Assembly (NCBI RefSeq): GCF_038025025.1
Contig: NW_027117347.1
Coordinates: 1,116,001-1,180,000 of the forward strand
DNA from: Phyllosticta citribraziliensis
Lineage: Eukaryota
Reading direction: 5' to 3'
DNA length: 64,000 nt
Shown here in pieces: positions 1 to 12,800 of this stretch (the stretch's first letter is position 1; each line of letters opens with the position of its first letter). Position numbers and translations under genes: made by a program. The notes beneath the pieces are model-generated. The model ran no database searches. It saw only the letters and a list, made by a program, of their open reading frames with translations, and was not told where the DNA came from.

Positions 1-1007
1 TAAAAGCAATACCGGAGGTGAGAATACACAATCAGAGAGGGCAGCAGGTCTGCGCGAAGCACGCTAACATGCGGCATCAGTCGGATCCCGTGGACTACTT
101 CGCTAGAGAGCTCCAGGAATACCACGAGGCAAAGCATATCACCATACCAGACACAGGCCCAGCTTCTGCGGCTGGATTTAGTAAGACCAGTACGTCAATC
201 CGCCACTTTTGCCACAACACCAGATGCTAACCACAATGCTTGGCCGTCGTAGATTGGGACCTAGAGATTCGCAAGCGCTACGCGCAGCCGTTATGCACCG
301 AGACATTTGAATTTCCCGACACGAGCACAATAGACGCGCGTATGACGCCAATATGCTACGAAGAAGGCATTGCTTCAGGCGCGGCTTCAGAATGCGCTTC
401 TTTCATGAACCAGGCGACCGAAATCTTCATCAAAGAAGTACTGTCCAACATCCTAGGCCGCGTGCGCAGCAACGGCGAAGATTACATCAAAACGGCATCC
501 TACAAGAAGCAGCTCCAGCGCGAAGAAGAGCTGTCGCTGAACAACGAAGTACAACGCAATGCGGCGGGTCTATTGCCGGTCGAAGTGGAAGAGTCACGTC
601 GCCGCAAGCCCATAAGTCTCGGGGACCTGCGCGTTGCGCTCGAACTTGGCGACAGTTATCTGGGACAAGTACCGCTCATCTGTGCCGGCATCCTCAACGC
701 GCGCTACGACACAGACGGCTACGACGAAATGGAAATTGACGAGCCGATACTCCTCAACCAAAATCAGAAGCTGGTACCTGGCCCGCGACTCAACGGCAGT
801 ATACATGGCGCTGGTCCGAGTGCAGGCACTGGGCCTGCAGCAGCCGTCGGCCCGGCGCTAAATGGCATCAACGGCACTGCACCTGTTCCAAACGGCGTAC
901 ACCACGAAGACGAAATAATGAGCGATGACCTTGGATGGCAGGGAACTGCGTCAAAAGAGCGGGAGGTGGTGTATTCGACGCTGGACGACATCTTGACAGG
1001 CCAGTGA
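1..1007 (+). CDS. HFI1: SAGA complex subunit Ada1/Hfi1, 3' part (5' end lies outside the window)
   Basis: Introns 18-80 (GTGAGA..GCTAAC..CAG) and 190-252 (GTACGT..GCTAAC..TAG). Spliced product reads ..FSKTNWDLEIRKRYAQPL..ETFEFPD..I.ARM.PICYEEG..A.FMN.ATE.FIKE.L, the histone-fold region typical of fungal Ada1. Stop at 1005-1007. Confidence 0.8.
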
Positions 1008-1634
1008 GAGCGATACTTGCTCTTCCAGCTGGTCTGCAGTCCCTCTCAGCCATTCAGCCTGTCTTCTTTCCTATTTCTATGCCACGCTCCATTTGCCCTT
1101 CCTGCCTCATTGCTTTCATGTCTTCAAATGGCGCTTTCATCTGTCATCATAGGCATTTGCGGCGTCTCGGGCGTATGGCGCGGATCTGGAAGCATTGAGG
1201 AACAGCAGCACGGAACAAAAGAAGGAAGTTGCAAGCCTTCAGACTCGGAATCCTCCCCTCCCCTTCTGTTCCCGTCTTATTTTTGGCATGCTGTCGGTGT
1301 TTATTCTCATTTGTTTTCTCTTCTGGTCCCTTTACTGCATCGTCACGGCGTTTGGGAGAGCCACCCACGGCATGCGAAGACATGGGCCTACCAGGAAACT
1401 TGGGCGGCTGTTTTTCGCAGCAGGCGGGCAGACGGGTCTGCCTGACTGCTTGCTCACAGCTGCGGAATGATGCGAGATGGCGTCTCGGGGCGTTTATAAA
1501 GTCGTGGATTCTCGGCTCTGACAAGGTTGGCCTCCTTTGCGAGCAACGGTGCTGAAGCACTGCTGGCATATCAGATGAGGAGCATGTCGTCGGTGCCGGA
1601 AAGGTACAGTTGGTGCATCTTCACGTCATCACAT

Positions 1635-1664
1635 GGCAAGGCATGGCAAGGCAAGGCATGGCAC
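1635..1664. repeat. (GGCAW)n pentanucleotide microsatellite, 6 units
   Basis: ggcaa ggcat ggcaa ggcaa ggcat ggcac. Confidence 0.85.
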
Positions 1665-2833
1665 GGAAGGCAGGAAAGAAAAGGGAAACGGATTGAGCAA
1701 GCAGCATTTCATTTGCAGAGCGGGGCGGGCACGGAAAGGCGGCTTTCCCAGCCTTTTCCCGTCGAAGTTCACTGCTTCGTCGCCATCTGCCCCAGTTTCC
1801 CTGTTCTTGATGTCGCAGCTCGCACTATTCGGGTACAAGAAAAGGAGACTGTACGTCTCGTTTGTTGGCGGGGTCCGGGTGGATTGGTGGATTGGTTGGT
1901 CGGCTGGGTTTGTTGGTGCGGCGCTTGTCTGATACCCATGGCTTTTTTTTTTTTTTTTTCCTCCCTGTGTTTTCCTTTTTAAAGTTCTGAATATACATCC
2001 TGACTCTACATCTTGTGCTCTTTCAATCTCGTCGTCTTGTTGTGAGGCATCTTCTCATGATCTGGGTGGGCATTTTCGCTTCATAATCGCCAGCGGCTGT
2101 AACTAGGCGGACTTCTTTTCGTTTGGTATGTGGCTTCGCGAGCTGTTCTCGCTTTTTCCCTTCATTCGGGGGTTGTCTGTTTCTCAGCTCTAGCCGGCCG
2201 TGGCACGCGAAAAGGGCGACATGGCCTTGCTCTTGGCGGCTGTTGATATCAAAACCAAAATCCTTGCCCGAAGACACAAAACGGCAAAACGGCAAGGAAA
2301 GAAGGGCAAAAAGTAAGCCCGGAAGGAGGCTCGAACTGGAGGATACTCTAGAGGCGATTTATAGCCGAATCAGAGCCACTTTTTCAATCATGTGGTTGAC
2401 TCCAAAGCATCTCCCAACGTCGCCAAGGGACCTAAGACTTACTTGAGAGAAAGGTTTGCTAAACCAAATAATATACTGATAAAAGGTAGGCTAGTGTCAA
2501 GTCACTTACTCAATTCACTGCTGGCGCATGTTTTGCGGGTAATGTATGAAGACGTTCGAGCGAGAGCTTGACTAAGCTACATGTAGGACTTGGAGGCTGG
2601 CAGTCGGTGGTTGGTGAATTTTAAAGGCTCCTGCGATGTTCGATACTGAATTCACACATGACGCCTGGCATGGTCTTGGAAACTATGTCTAGACACGCAT
2701 CTAGAGAAACAAGGCGCGGTCTAGTATCTGATGCAATCGCTCAAGCAAAAACTAGGCTGGAAAAGCTGAATGGGAAGAAAATGCGACAAGCATCCATCAT
2801 TATATCCGTCGTCCTCGCAAACACAAGCAGCGC

Positions 2834-4600
2834 TCAAGCCAACTTCAACCCGAACTCGTCCACCTTGAACCACTCAGCCACCAAGGCCCTGAGCACCGCA
2901 TCGGCGCCCGCCTGCGCCTCTGCACTACTCGCCGCCTTGCACTCAATGTACAGTTTGATCTTCGGTTCCGTGCCGCTGCCTCTGACGGTGAAGGTCACGT
3001 TGCCCTCCAGCTCCACCGTGATCATCTGGCTGTTCTGGTCGACCGGCAGCGTGGGCACGTTGTCCGGCGTCGACGAGTCGTAGCCGACGGTGAGGTCGCG
3101 CCAGCTCAGGACCTGCTTGCCGCCGAGCGTCTGGGGGTAGGGGTCGCCGAGGGCGCGGATGGCGGCGAAGACGGCGGTAGTGGTTTCGGGGCTGGGCGAG
3201 ACGAGGTAGGTGTTTGCGTCTTCGAAGTAGCCGTATTTTTGGTAGAGCTGCTGCAGCTTTTGCCACGGCGTAACGCCCTCGTTGCTCTGCCACTGCGCCG
3301 TTGCTGTGAGGAAAGACACGGCTGCGCTGACCGAGTCCTTGTCATGCACCACTGACGGAATCATGTAGCCTAGTGCCTCCTCGTACGCATAGCCTACGTC
3401 GTATTCGTCTTGCTCCAGGTCCCGCGCCACATTACCCAGCCACTTGAAGCCCGTGAGTGTCTCGGAAAAGTGGAAACCCTCGCTCGCGGCCATGGACGAA
3501 AGCATCCGCGAAGACACGGCCGACGCGAGCATGGCGAGTCGGGAGCGGGGTTGGTCGGATGGGTATGTTGATAGAATGTGCGAAGCCAGCAGGACGCCGA
3601 CTTGGTTTCCGGTGAACTGGTGCCAGGTGCCGTCCACTTTTTCGGCCACGGCAAGCCGGTCGGCGTCTGGATCGCTGGCAATTATGAGATTGATGTTGGA
3701 TGCGTCAGCCGTTTGTTTGGCCAGATCCAAGGCGCCCTTTTCTTCCGGATTGGGGAACTTGACCGTGGGAAAGTCGGGGTCTGGCTCTGCTTGCTCTTTT
3801 ACAACAACCATGTTGTTCTCGAATCCCAAGCTCTTCACGGCCTGTGTCATATATGGCAAACCGACCCCGTGCATGGGGGTGTAGACGAATTTGAGGTCCG
3901 CCTTGTCTGATGGGAGCTGAGCATCCTCGGGCACGGCAGATTGCTTCACAGCGCGAAAGTAGGCGTCTCTGACTAGCCCCAGGGCACCCTCAATGAGTAG
4001 GCTGCCTTCGTCGACTACTGAAGTATCCCAGGAGATGGGTTCCAAGTTCTGTTCGATGGCGCGCGCAATACCGACGTCATGCGGGGGGATGATCTGGCAG
4101 CCGTTTCCCCAGTAGACCTTGTAGCCGTTGTCCTGGGCAGGATTATGGCTAGCTGTAATCATGACGCCGGCTGCTGCGCCAAGCTCTCCGACGCCAAAGG
4201 GAACGAGCGGCGTGTGTACAGTCTCTTCGTACCACCATACCCGGATTCCCTTGGCGACAAAGGCAGCAGCAGTGAGTTTGGCGAATTTTGCAGAGTTGTG
4301 ACGGGCATCGTGACCAACGACGACTCCGCGGTGGTGGATTCCGTGGACGTTTTCCAACAGATAAGCGGCGAGGCCCTGTGAGGCCTGGATGATGGTGAGG
4401 GAGTTGAGGCGCGAGAAACCAGCCTGCATGGAAGCTCTGAGGCCGGCGGTTCCAAAGGCAATCCTCTTTCTCAGGCGCTGCTCGAGCTCCGCCTTTTCGC
4501 CATGGACGAGCAGTCTGTATATCTCATCACGTGTCGAGGGATCCTTGTCCAAACGTAGCCATTCCTCAGCGAGGTTTTCAACGGTAGGAGGTGAGGCCAT
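2834..4600 (-). CDS. Phosphoglucomutase/phosphoribomutase (PGM2/Prm15-type alpha-D-phosphohexomutase), 588 aa, intronless
   Basis: Motifs FGTAGLR, phosphoserine loop TASHNP, metal loop DPDADR, TGFKW, YEEALG and phosphate loop RGSGTEPKIK. Confidence 0.93.
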   Translation of the reverse strand: MASPPTVENLAEEWLRLDKDPSTRDEIYRLLVHGEKAELEQRLRKRIAFGTAGLRASMQAGFSRLNSLTIIQASQGLAAYLLENVHGIHHRGVVVGHDARHNSAKFAKLTAAAFVAKGIRVWWYEETVHTPLVPFGVGELGAAAGVMITASHNPAQDNGYKVYWGNGCQIIPPHDVGIARAIEQNLEPISWDTSVVDEGSLLIEGALGLVRDAYFRAVKQSAVPEDAQLPSDKADLKFVYTPMHGVGLPYMTQAVKSLGFENNMVVVKEQAEPDPDFPTVKFPNPEEKGALDLAKQTADASNINLIIASDPDADRLAVAEKVDGTWHQFTGNQVGVLLASHILSTYPSDQPRSRLAMLASAVSSRMLSSMAASEGFHFSETLTGFKWLGNVARDLEQDEYDVGYAYEEALGYMIPSVVHDKDSVSAAVSFLTATAQWQSNEGVTPWQKLQQLYQKYGYFEDANTYLVSPSPETTTAVFAAIRALGDPYPQTLGGKQVLSWRDLTVGYDSSTPDNVPTLPVDQNSQMITVELEGNVTFTVRGSGTEPKIKLYIECKAASSAEAQAGADAVLRALVAEWFKVDEFGLKLA

Positions 4601-5231
4601 GGTAGCAGATGTAGGAGGCTGGGCATTAGATGGCGATGTCCAGGTCGACGTGAGGTCGAGTCGAATCCCGTAGCGAGTGGGTCTTCTCCGGCAGATTAGC
4701 TATTCGCGGTGGACGAGTTGGGTGGCGGGAGATTTGATGGCGGAATCACAGACGCACAGGGTCTGGTTGGAGCGTTTCTTTGCGGAGAAAGCCATGTTCC
4801 TCCACAATCAGGCGACCTCTAGGGAGGGACGGCAGATTCGAGCGTCGACAACCCCCAGGCGTGCAACAATGCAAGGCCGCGAGGGCGACCTGACTGCGCC
4901 CTGATCGGCAAGGTGGAGCCACAGAGGGTTCGTGTTTCGTTGCAGCCCCGCCACACTTGGACCAGACCTCACCGCATCTGCCTGGAATCTCCTGACCCCT
5001 GAACGCAGACCGCCTTCCCCTTTCGGTTAGGCGACCCTTGGGTGCACCGCCGCCCACCGCCTGCCCAAGGTACATGTATCCCAACGACAGCTGTTTCAAC
5101 ACGTCCACAACGATGCCCGACACCAAATCTCCTGTCTTCCCTCTCGTTTTTCGCTGATTCCTTTTTTTCCCCCGCCGCTGTGTCTACCGCTCGCCGTTTC
5201 TACCGCTCGCTGTACGCCCGCAACATCTGCC

Positions 5232-6989
5232 ATGTCTTCACCGCAACCTGGAACCTCTCCGAGGGACCGGACATTTACTCGACCCGAAATTGAGGCCTTG
5301 ATCGCCGACGGCAAACACATTGTCATCGTCGACGGCAAGGTTATCAAGTGCGATGCCTGGATGAAGTACCACCCGGGTGGTGACTTGGCTATTCGGCATA
5401 TGGTCGGACGCGACGCCACAGACGAAGTCACAGCGTAGGTCCTACTTGCTCCAATAGCTCAATTGGGTGCTGACAATCGCAGGTTGCACTCTATTGGCGC
5501 CAAACAGCGCATGAACGCCTTTGTCATTGGCCATGTCCAAGGTCGCTGGCTCAATTTCGTTCCTCCAATCCAAGGAGGCAAGTTTCGCACCCAGGCCGAG
5601 CTCGAAGCTCCCAGCTCGGACGTCAGCTGCCCAGAGACGGACGAAGACGATTCTAGCCTGGAGAGCTCGACTGCTCCTTCGCCCATCTTCGACTCTGCGG
5701 ACGACAACAATGGCGCTAGACGTCGCAGAAAAGATGCAGTACACAGTTCGGCAACGTCGATATCATCCGTCGAACTAGACGACACTGAACAAAAGAAGCC
5801 GAAGAAGCCGAAGATGTCGCACTTGGACGCAAGGACGCTGGAAGAGATCAACCTCGACTTGGAAACGTACCCATCGCTGCAGCCCGAGGTTCAAGACGAA
5901 ATCGTTCGGAAATACCGCGCGCTGGGCCAGCGAATCCGCGACGCGGGCCTGTACAAATGCAACTACACGTCGTATCTGATTGAAGCAGCCAGATACTCCT
6001 TCTTCTTTTCCCTGTTTGTTTTATTCTTGCACAAGGGCTGGTACTGCACCAGTGCGATTGCTCTGGGCTGCTTCTGGCACCAGCTCGTCTTCACCGCCCA
6101 CGATGCAGGCCACATGGGCATAACTCACGACTTTACGAAAGACACGATAATCGGAATCATCGTCGCAGATTTCTTGGGCGGACTCTCGCTTGGATGGTGG
6201 AAGCGCAGCCACAATGTGCACCACATTGTCACCAACCACACAGAGCACGACCCCGACATTCAACAACTCCCCTTCTTTGCCGTTTCGCATCGCTACTTCG
6301 AATCGCTGCGCTCGACCTACTACGACACGGTCATCACTTTTGACGCGGCTGCCAAGTTCTTGGTCCAATTCCAACACTGGCTGTATTACCCAGTCCTCTG
6401 CTTTGGTCGCTTCAACCTCTACGTCCTCTCGTGGCATTATCTGCTCGGAGGAAACGCAATCCGCCGCGGACCTGCATGGTGGCACCGATGGTTCGAAATT
6501 GCAGGCCAGCTTTTCTTCTGGTTCTGGTTCGGGTACGCGACCGTCTACCGCAGCATCCCTGGGTTCTGGAACCGCATCGCCTTCGTCCTGATCTCCCACA
6601 TGGTGACGGCACCGGTGCACGTGCAAATCACCCTCTCCCACTTTGCCATGAGCACGGTGGACTTGGGGACTCACGAGAGCTTCGCGCAAAAGATGCTGCG
6701 CACCACCATGGACGTCGACTGCCCCGAGTGGCTCGACTTTTTCCACGGTGGCCTCCAGTTCCAGGCCGTACATCACTTGTACCCGCGCATCCCGCGCCAC
6801 AACCTGCGTCAAGCTCAGCGCTTCGTCATGGACTTTTGCGACGATGTTCGCATTCCGTATGGCCTGTACGGCTTTGCTGATGGCAACCACAAGGTCATTA
6901 GCCACCTGGGCGATGTTGCGCGCCAGGCGACGATTCTCGCGGCGTGTCAGAGGAGCATGGCTGAGAGTGGGGATCTCGGCTTGCATTGA
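5232..6989 (+). CDS. SLD1: Cytochrome b5-fused sphingolipid delta-8 desaturase
   Basis: N-terminal b5 heme motif HPGG..GRDATDE. Intron 5435-5482 (GTAGGT..CTGAC..CAG). His boxes HDAGH, HNVHH and QAVHH, plus LDFFHGGLQFQ. Confidence 0.9.
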
Positions 6990-7678
6990 GAGCCTCTTTG
7001 GTGAGCCTTTTATGGCTGTGTGGATGGATGGATGGATGAGTTGCGCGTCAGGTACTGGAGAACGCACACAAAAGCATACACAATGCCGCAAATGTAGAAA
7101 AATCTGCTGTATGAATACGTATATCTAAAAAATGAGAAGAAAAAAAATTTGAAGCGTTCACGACTCTTGTCAGACCGTCTGCCTCCCTTGACAGCTGTGC
7201 TCGATTGAACTCCTGACTGTCGCTGATGACCACCTACTTCGACTCACACCGTCCTCTTATATACCTCCGTGAGATAGGTAAACACGAACCGTTCCCTCTC
7301 TCACACACCTACTTCCACACTCCAAACCTCGCGAGACCAACACCCAAAACACCCGCGCGCCGCCCCTCAGCCTCCCCAAACAGCGCCCGCACAAACAGTC
7401 CGATATTCAGGACTCGCGCTGGGCGGCATGGTGCAACGCGCCGCCAGGCGGAACGGGGTCCGGGCGGAAGCTTTCTGCCCTCGCCGCAGCAGCAGCGCCA
7501 CGGGCGGGCGACGTGGCTTTCGTGTGTAAGCTGCCGCGTACGGACGACGGGGCGTGTGTGTGTTTGGTGCTATGAGTGGAGGGATGCACTGGAGAGAGCG
7601 GAGGTGTGGAAGGGGACGTTTGTTGAGGCAGCAGCCGTGGTGGTGGTTTGGTGGGCGTGGGGAGTTTTGGGAGGTTGT

Positions 7679-7778
7679 GGTTGGCTGGCTTTGTTTGCCG
7701 TGGGTGAGGGGATGGGTTTGGGGAGTTTGGCGGGGGTTTGGGGTTGGCTGGCTTTGTTTGCCGTTGGTGAGGGGATCG
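7679..7778. repeat. Imperfect direct repeat with 63-bp period
   Basis: ggttggctggctttgtttgccgt(g/t)ggtgaggggat starts at 7679 and again at 7742. Confidence 0.85.
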
Positions 7779-8033
7779 AGGGGAGTACCTATTGGACATT
7801 GAATCAAGCTTCGCGGCCTGAAGAACCAGGCGGGCTAGAAGCTGTATAATAAAGTACCTGTAGGTAGGTATGTAGGTTGGTGCATGTCACGGACCCGACG
7901 ATTGGGTGAAATGCTGCGTGTTTGCCTACTTGCCCAACAGGACCACCTCACCTCAGACGACCGTCCCCACTCTTCCACGTCCCACGGCAGAACGTCAATC
8001 CAAGATTCTGGGTTGCACTTCAAACTTCACACA

Positions 8034-9257
8034 TCACGCATCGTCATCGACGTCTGGCTCGGGCACTTCATACGGCCTCTGGCCTTCGGTGCTGAACAGC
8101 ACGACCACGGCATCCAGGCCGAGGCCCAACGCTGCAGAAGCTTGCCCGTCTCTACACAGGCGACGCAGCGCGGCCAAGGGCGCGGCACCGCAGGGCCCAC
8201 AGGCGACACCCAGGGCGTGCAGGTCGGCGGTTGCGACGTGGCTCTCGCGGTCGGAGACGAGCACGCTGGCATCGATGCCCGCGCGCAGCACCGGCCACGC
8301 CAGGCTCGACACGGTGCCGCAGTTCATGCCGCACATGATGGTGTCGCCCGTGGCGATGGGGACGATGCGGTCGGCGCGCAGGCTCGTTTGCAGGCAGGCG
8401 GCGGTGGTGGGTTCGACGGCGACGACGCGCGTTGTTTGCTGCGGCGCCGCTGCGTCTGGCTGCTGCTCTTGCTCGTCGTCGTCTGCCCGGGTTTTGCTTT
8501 TGTAGTGCGTCGTCACGGCCTGCGCCCATGACCCCACGCCCACGGACGCAATCACGCATGCTGGTTTCGGCGAGTGGCCCAGCGCGGCGAGCTGGTGGTC
8601 CGTCTCGTTGAGCATGGTCGAGTAGCCGTCGACGACCCAGGACGGAATCTCTTCGAAGCCGTCCCACGACGTGTCCATGACGAGTAGCGGCGCAACTGGG
8701 GCAGTGTCATCGTCAGCGTCGTGCTTTGCAGCTGCGATGGAAGCATCGTAGTCGCCGGGCACGACTCGCACGTCGGCGCCCTCGCTGGCAATCTTGTGGC
8801 GGGTTGGGGCGTCCATGGTGTTGGGGACGAAGATGCGGGCGGGCAGGGCGAGGAGGCGCGCCATGCAGGCGACGGCGCGGCCCCAGTTGCCGTCGGTGCA
8901 GGTGACAAGGCGGCAGTCGTAGTTGTTGTTGTTGTTGATGTTTTTGTCCCTGAGGTCGGCTGGCGAAACGGTGGGCGGGAGGCCCATTCGCGCGGCGACG
9001 GCTCGGTGGACGGCCCAGGAGGCGCCGAGGATCTTGAAGGCCGGCAGCCCGAAACGACTCGATTCATCCTTGAGCAGCACGTGAGCGAGGCCTAGCTCGG
9101 CGGCCAGCGAGGGCAGAGGCACTAGGGGCGTGACATTGTAGTCGGGGAGCTGCGTGTGGAAGGCTTGGATGGCGGCAGAGTCAGCGACAGAGTAGATGAT
9201 GTCGGAGGCGGAGGCGGGGGCGGAGGCGGAGGGGTTGAGGAAGATGTTGGAGTGCAT
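8034..9257 (-). CDS. Diaminopropionate ammonia-lyase family, PLP fold-type II enzyme, intronless
   Basis: Likely start MHSNIFLNP at 9257. Motifs Y..TPL..LP.LAAELGL..VLLKDESSRFGLPAFKILGASWA (PLP lysine), TDGNWGRAVA, DTSWDGFEEIP, VGVGSW and TIMCGMNCG. Confidence 0.85.
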   Translation of the reverse strand: MHSNIFLNPSASAPASASDIIYSVADSAAIQAFHTQLPDYNVTPLVPLPSLAAELGLAHVLLKDESSRFGLPAFKILGASWAVHRAVAARMGLPPTVSPADLRDKNINNNNNYDCRLVTCTDGNWGRAVACMARLLALPARIFVPNTMDAPTRHKIASEGADVRVVPGDYDASIAAAKHDADDDTAPVAPLLVMDTSWDGFEEIPSWVVDGYSTMLNETDHQLAALGHSPKPACVIASVGVGSWAQAVTTHYKSKTRADDDEQEQQPDAAAPQQTTRVVAVEPTTAACLQTSLRADRIVPIATGDTIMCGMNCGTVSSLAWPVLRAGIDASVLVSDRESHVATADLHALGVACGPCGAAPLAALRRLCRDGQASAALGLGLDAVVVLFSTEGQRPYEVPEPDVDDDA

Positions 9258-9872
9258 GACGGGACGAACAAACAAGCACACGGGACGAAGCAAAGGCAGC
9301 AACTGGTTGGTCGGTTGTTTGCAGGTGCAGCAGAGAGAGAGAAATGGAATCAAGCCAGCGGTTCCATGGCGCTGCGAACCGACGCTATCGACAAACCCAA
9401 GACGACCAGGGGAGAGGGACATGGCTGCCGCACGAAGAGGACCCTCTCGGTGCGGGTAATTATTGCGCTGGACGTGTGCCCATACGAGGCCGTCAATATA
9501 ACATCAAATCCCAAAACAGCCAGCCCGCATCCCTCTCCACGGCCGCCATCTGCAGGTTTCGCCCTTGACGCTTCCTTTGATTATTGCGCGAGTGATAGGA
9601 ATTCGCCGTCGCCTCACGGACAGTCTTTTCTTCTCATTTCACTAGCCAGCGCCCCCCGGTCCAGACTTTGGTTGACGTCGTCTAGCCATCCTAGTCCAAA
9701 CCCTACCATCTGTACCTTGCTCGACCCTAACTACCAACTAACCATTTTGCCTGCGACTCGACGGCCATCCATTGCCGCCGCCCGCCAAAAGTCTCGCCCT
9801 CCTCCCGCATCTTCCTATCCGTCGCTGTGCCTCAACATCAACACCATGCCCCCCTCTGCGTCATGAATCACC

Positions 9873-12800
9873 ATGACCATGGTCGTGTCTGCCCAGGACA
9901 GCTCCCGTTGGCCGGTCCACTCGTCATCTCCCAGTATCCCAGCACCAGCGCAGAGGCCCATTGGCGCAAAGCAGAGGCTCCAGTCCGAGGCCCGCAGACA
10001 CCACAACAGGCAGGATTCCTTCCAGCGTCGCCAGAATGAGATCCACAGCCAGCGCACCCGCCAGCCCTCCATACCCCATTCTCTGCGCACCGATGATTCC
10101 CGCCCCTCGAGTCGCGCTGGCGGCCGCTTCGCCGTTGGAAACGTCGGCAGCAATGGCATCATCTATCTCAGGTAATCATCGTCACCCACTACACGGGACC
10201 CACTCGTCACCCTATCCTCTGGGTCGCCTGTCGTCTCGTCTCGTCGCGTCTCGACAAGGAACTGACACGCCTCCCACAGACCAGTCCCTCGCCCGTCGAC
10301 CGCTGCGAGATCACGCGCCGCCCCGGAGCCCTTCGTCTTTCCTTCCAACGTCTCCACCGACCTGCTTGACAACAACCACCACAACAACAACAACAACGCA
10401 CGCCACGATGCTGCCACCATCTCGCCTGTCCCGCCCACTCCGCCCTCGCCCTCTTATGCCCACGCTCTGAGGTCTGCTGCCCCCAATGTCCCTGCCACCG
10501 TCCCCGAGCGCCACCCCTCGCATCGCGCTCGCTCTCATTCGTACTCGACCGTCGATGATTCTCGCTCCCCAAGCTTTGACTCCAATACCTTCAAGGTCGT
10601 CATCGACCGCCCCAGCCTGAAGCGCACCAAGAGCGTCGACTCCCTCCACGCCTCCCACCCGGTTCTGGATGTCCCAATTCCAAACTACCGTCTGGGCACC
10701 CCGCGCTTCAGCACCCACGGCACCGCCTTTTTGCGCAGCTCCATCCAGACTCGCTACTCTGGCGGGGACGACATGCGCACTTCCATCTTCACCAGGACCG
10801 CGCCCTCGTACGACAAACTTTTCCCGCAACCGAGCCCAATGCTGAACCGCAATTCTCTCCGCGAGTCCGACTTTTCCTCGCAGTCTGGAGTATTTTTCGA
10901 CAGGCCCCACACCTTCATTGAGCCCGCGAATCAGGCGTCTCCCGCGTCACCCACCCCTCACGCTCCTTCCACTCCAATCAGCCCCGGAGTCTACGACTCC
11001 TTGTATGCCAACCCAAATGATCCTTCCGTTGTTCGCTACTCGTCTGCTGGCGACATTGTGGCTGCCACGCCCGCCCGCCTCGTGGCACACATTACCTCTC
11101 CGAGCTCGCTGGACTATGAGCTGCTCTCCGATTTTTTCCTAACCTTTCGCTCTTACTTGAATGCAAAAGATTTAGTCTCTTTATTAATTGCGCGGTTGCG
11201 CTGGGCGGTGGACCGCAAGGACGACTTTGGCCGCATCGTGCGAGTCCGCACGTTTGTTGCCCTGCGACATTGGATCTTGAACTACTTTGCCGAGGATTTT
11301 ATTCCATGCATTCTGCTCCGGCAGCACTTTTGCCGCTTGGTCAACAGGCTATATACCGACACGAGTAACCGACCGGACGGTGGCGGTGGGGATGTCAAAA
11401 TCATAGGGGAGCTCAAAAAATGCTGGAGGCGGACCTGTGGATCGTATTGGACCAACATCAGCGTGACGGGGAAAGAGCTGCTGAGCGACGAGATATTTCC
11501 GGGTGGGGCCGCTGACGAGATTCCCCAGCCTGGGGACATTTCGGATCGACAAGCATTCGTGGCACCCTTGGAGCCGCCTCTGACGCCCCGTCCGTTGGAC
11601 GGCGCACCTCGCACTCGAGATGGAGTCACGGCAGAGAAGCAAGCAGAATGGATGAAGACTGTTTTGCACATGCCCCACCATCCGGTCCAGGCCAACGTGA
11701 GCGACGGCAACAGTTCCATCGAAGCTCCTCTTTCGCCAGCCAGCGAGATGAGCTTGCAAGTTTTGTCTTGCTCGATCCCGCTCAAATCGCTCTACCGTGG
11801 CCAACACGCCAGTGTCCCTCACCCCGTCCCAATCAATCGAACGTCCATACTCAGTCCTCCTTTTCCGGCGTCCATTGGAACCCGCGGGCCAGTACACATG
11901 CACTCGCGCAATGGAGATGTCCCAGAAGCCGCCGGGGTGCAGCGTGGACCCAGCACCATGTCGATTCGTGATTCTCATGGTGGTCAGCTCATGGCGATAC
12001 AATTTCCTGGAAGCTTGGTTCGAGGTCTTCTCTTCCAACCCGACTCGCCATTCATCACCATGCGGCCGTCTGGCAAGCTGCGACCGATGAGATCACAATT
12101 GCAACTTGAGCTCGATCCGAACGATCCCCATCTTGTGCCTAGGCCAACCACCCCAAATCCTGGAGTCAAGCGGATTTTTGGAAGCGTGCGTCGTGCTCTG
12201 AGTAGCCGACAGGGCTCTGCTGCCGGTGGCTCACCCATGACCACGCAGAGGGACTCGTTGAATACAGGCACACTCCTTGCTTCCAATGGACCAGTTGGCG
12301 GCGTTCAAAAAAGACGGCCGGTCAAGACTGCCCCGCACACGAGAATCGACCTTTTACTGCAGCGAGTGGGCGAGAGTTTCAAGAAGGCTCTGGAAGCGGA
12401 GCTGGAGAACGAGAGACAGACAAGACAAAGCGAGACGATTTCCCGTCGGCAGACTATTGAGCCGGAGGAACAAGACGACTCGCGCGAGACGGGCCCCGAC
12501 AGCCAAGTGGGCAATCGCTCATCTTTGGGGAGAGGGCTTAGCAAGCTAACGTTGAGGAGTGGCTCGATTTTGATATTTGACGACACGGAGCGACCACCAG
12601 TACCGAGCGTATCGAGTCCCGTTCCCGAGGAGGGTGGAGAGGATTCTACAGCTGCTCCAGACACCAACCACTTCGATGATGCTCTAGCACAAACGCCGCC
12701 ATATGATACGCCGAAGCAGATTTCCGATGAGGACTTTCAGCGAGGCTCGCATGTGTCACTCCCTCCTATTACGATGCCTCCTGAGATGTCCGCTTCAACA

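Noticed and set aside
2330..2760. Relatively AT-rich patch with several TCTAG motifs, a possible RIP-degraded repeat
   Set aside because: Short, with no terminal repeats or transposase remnants. Compatible with an ordinary terminator region.
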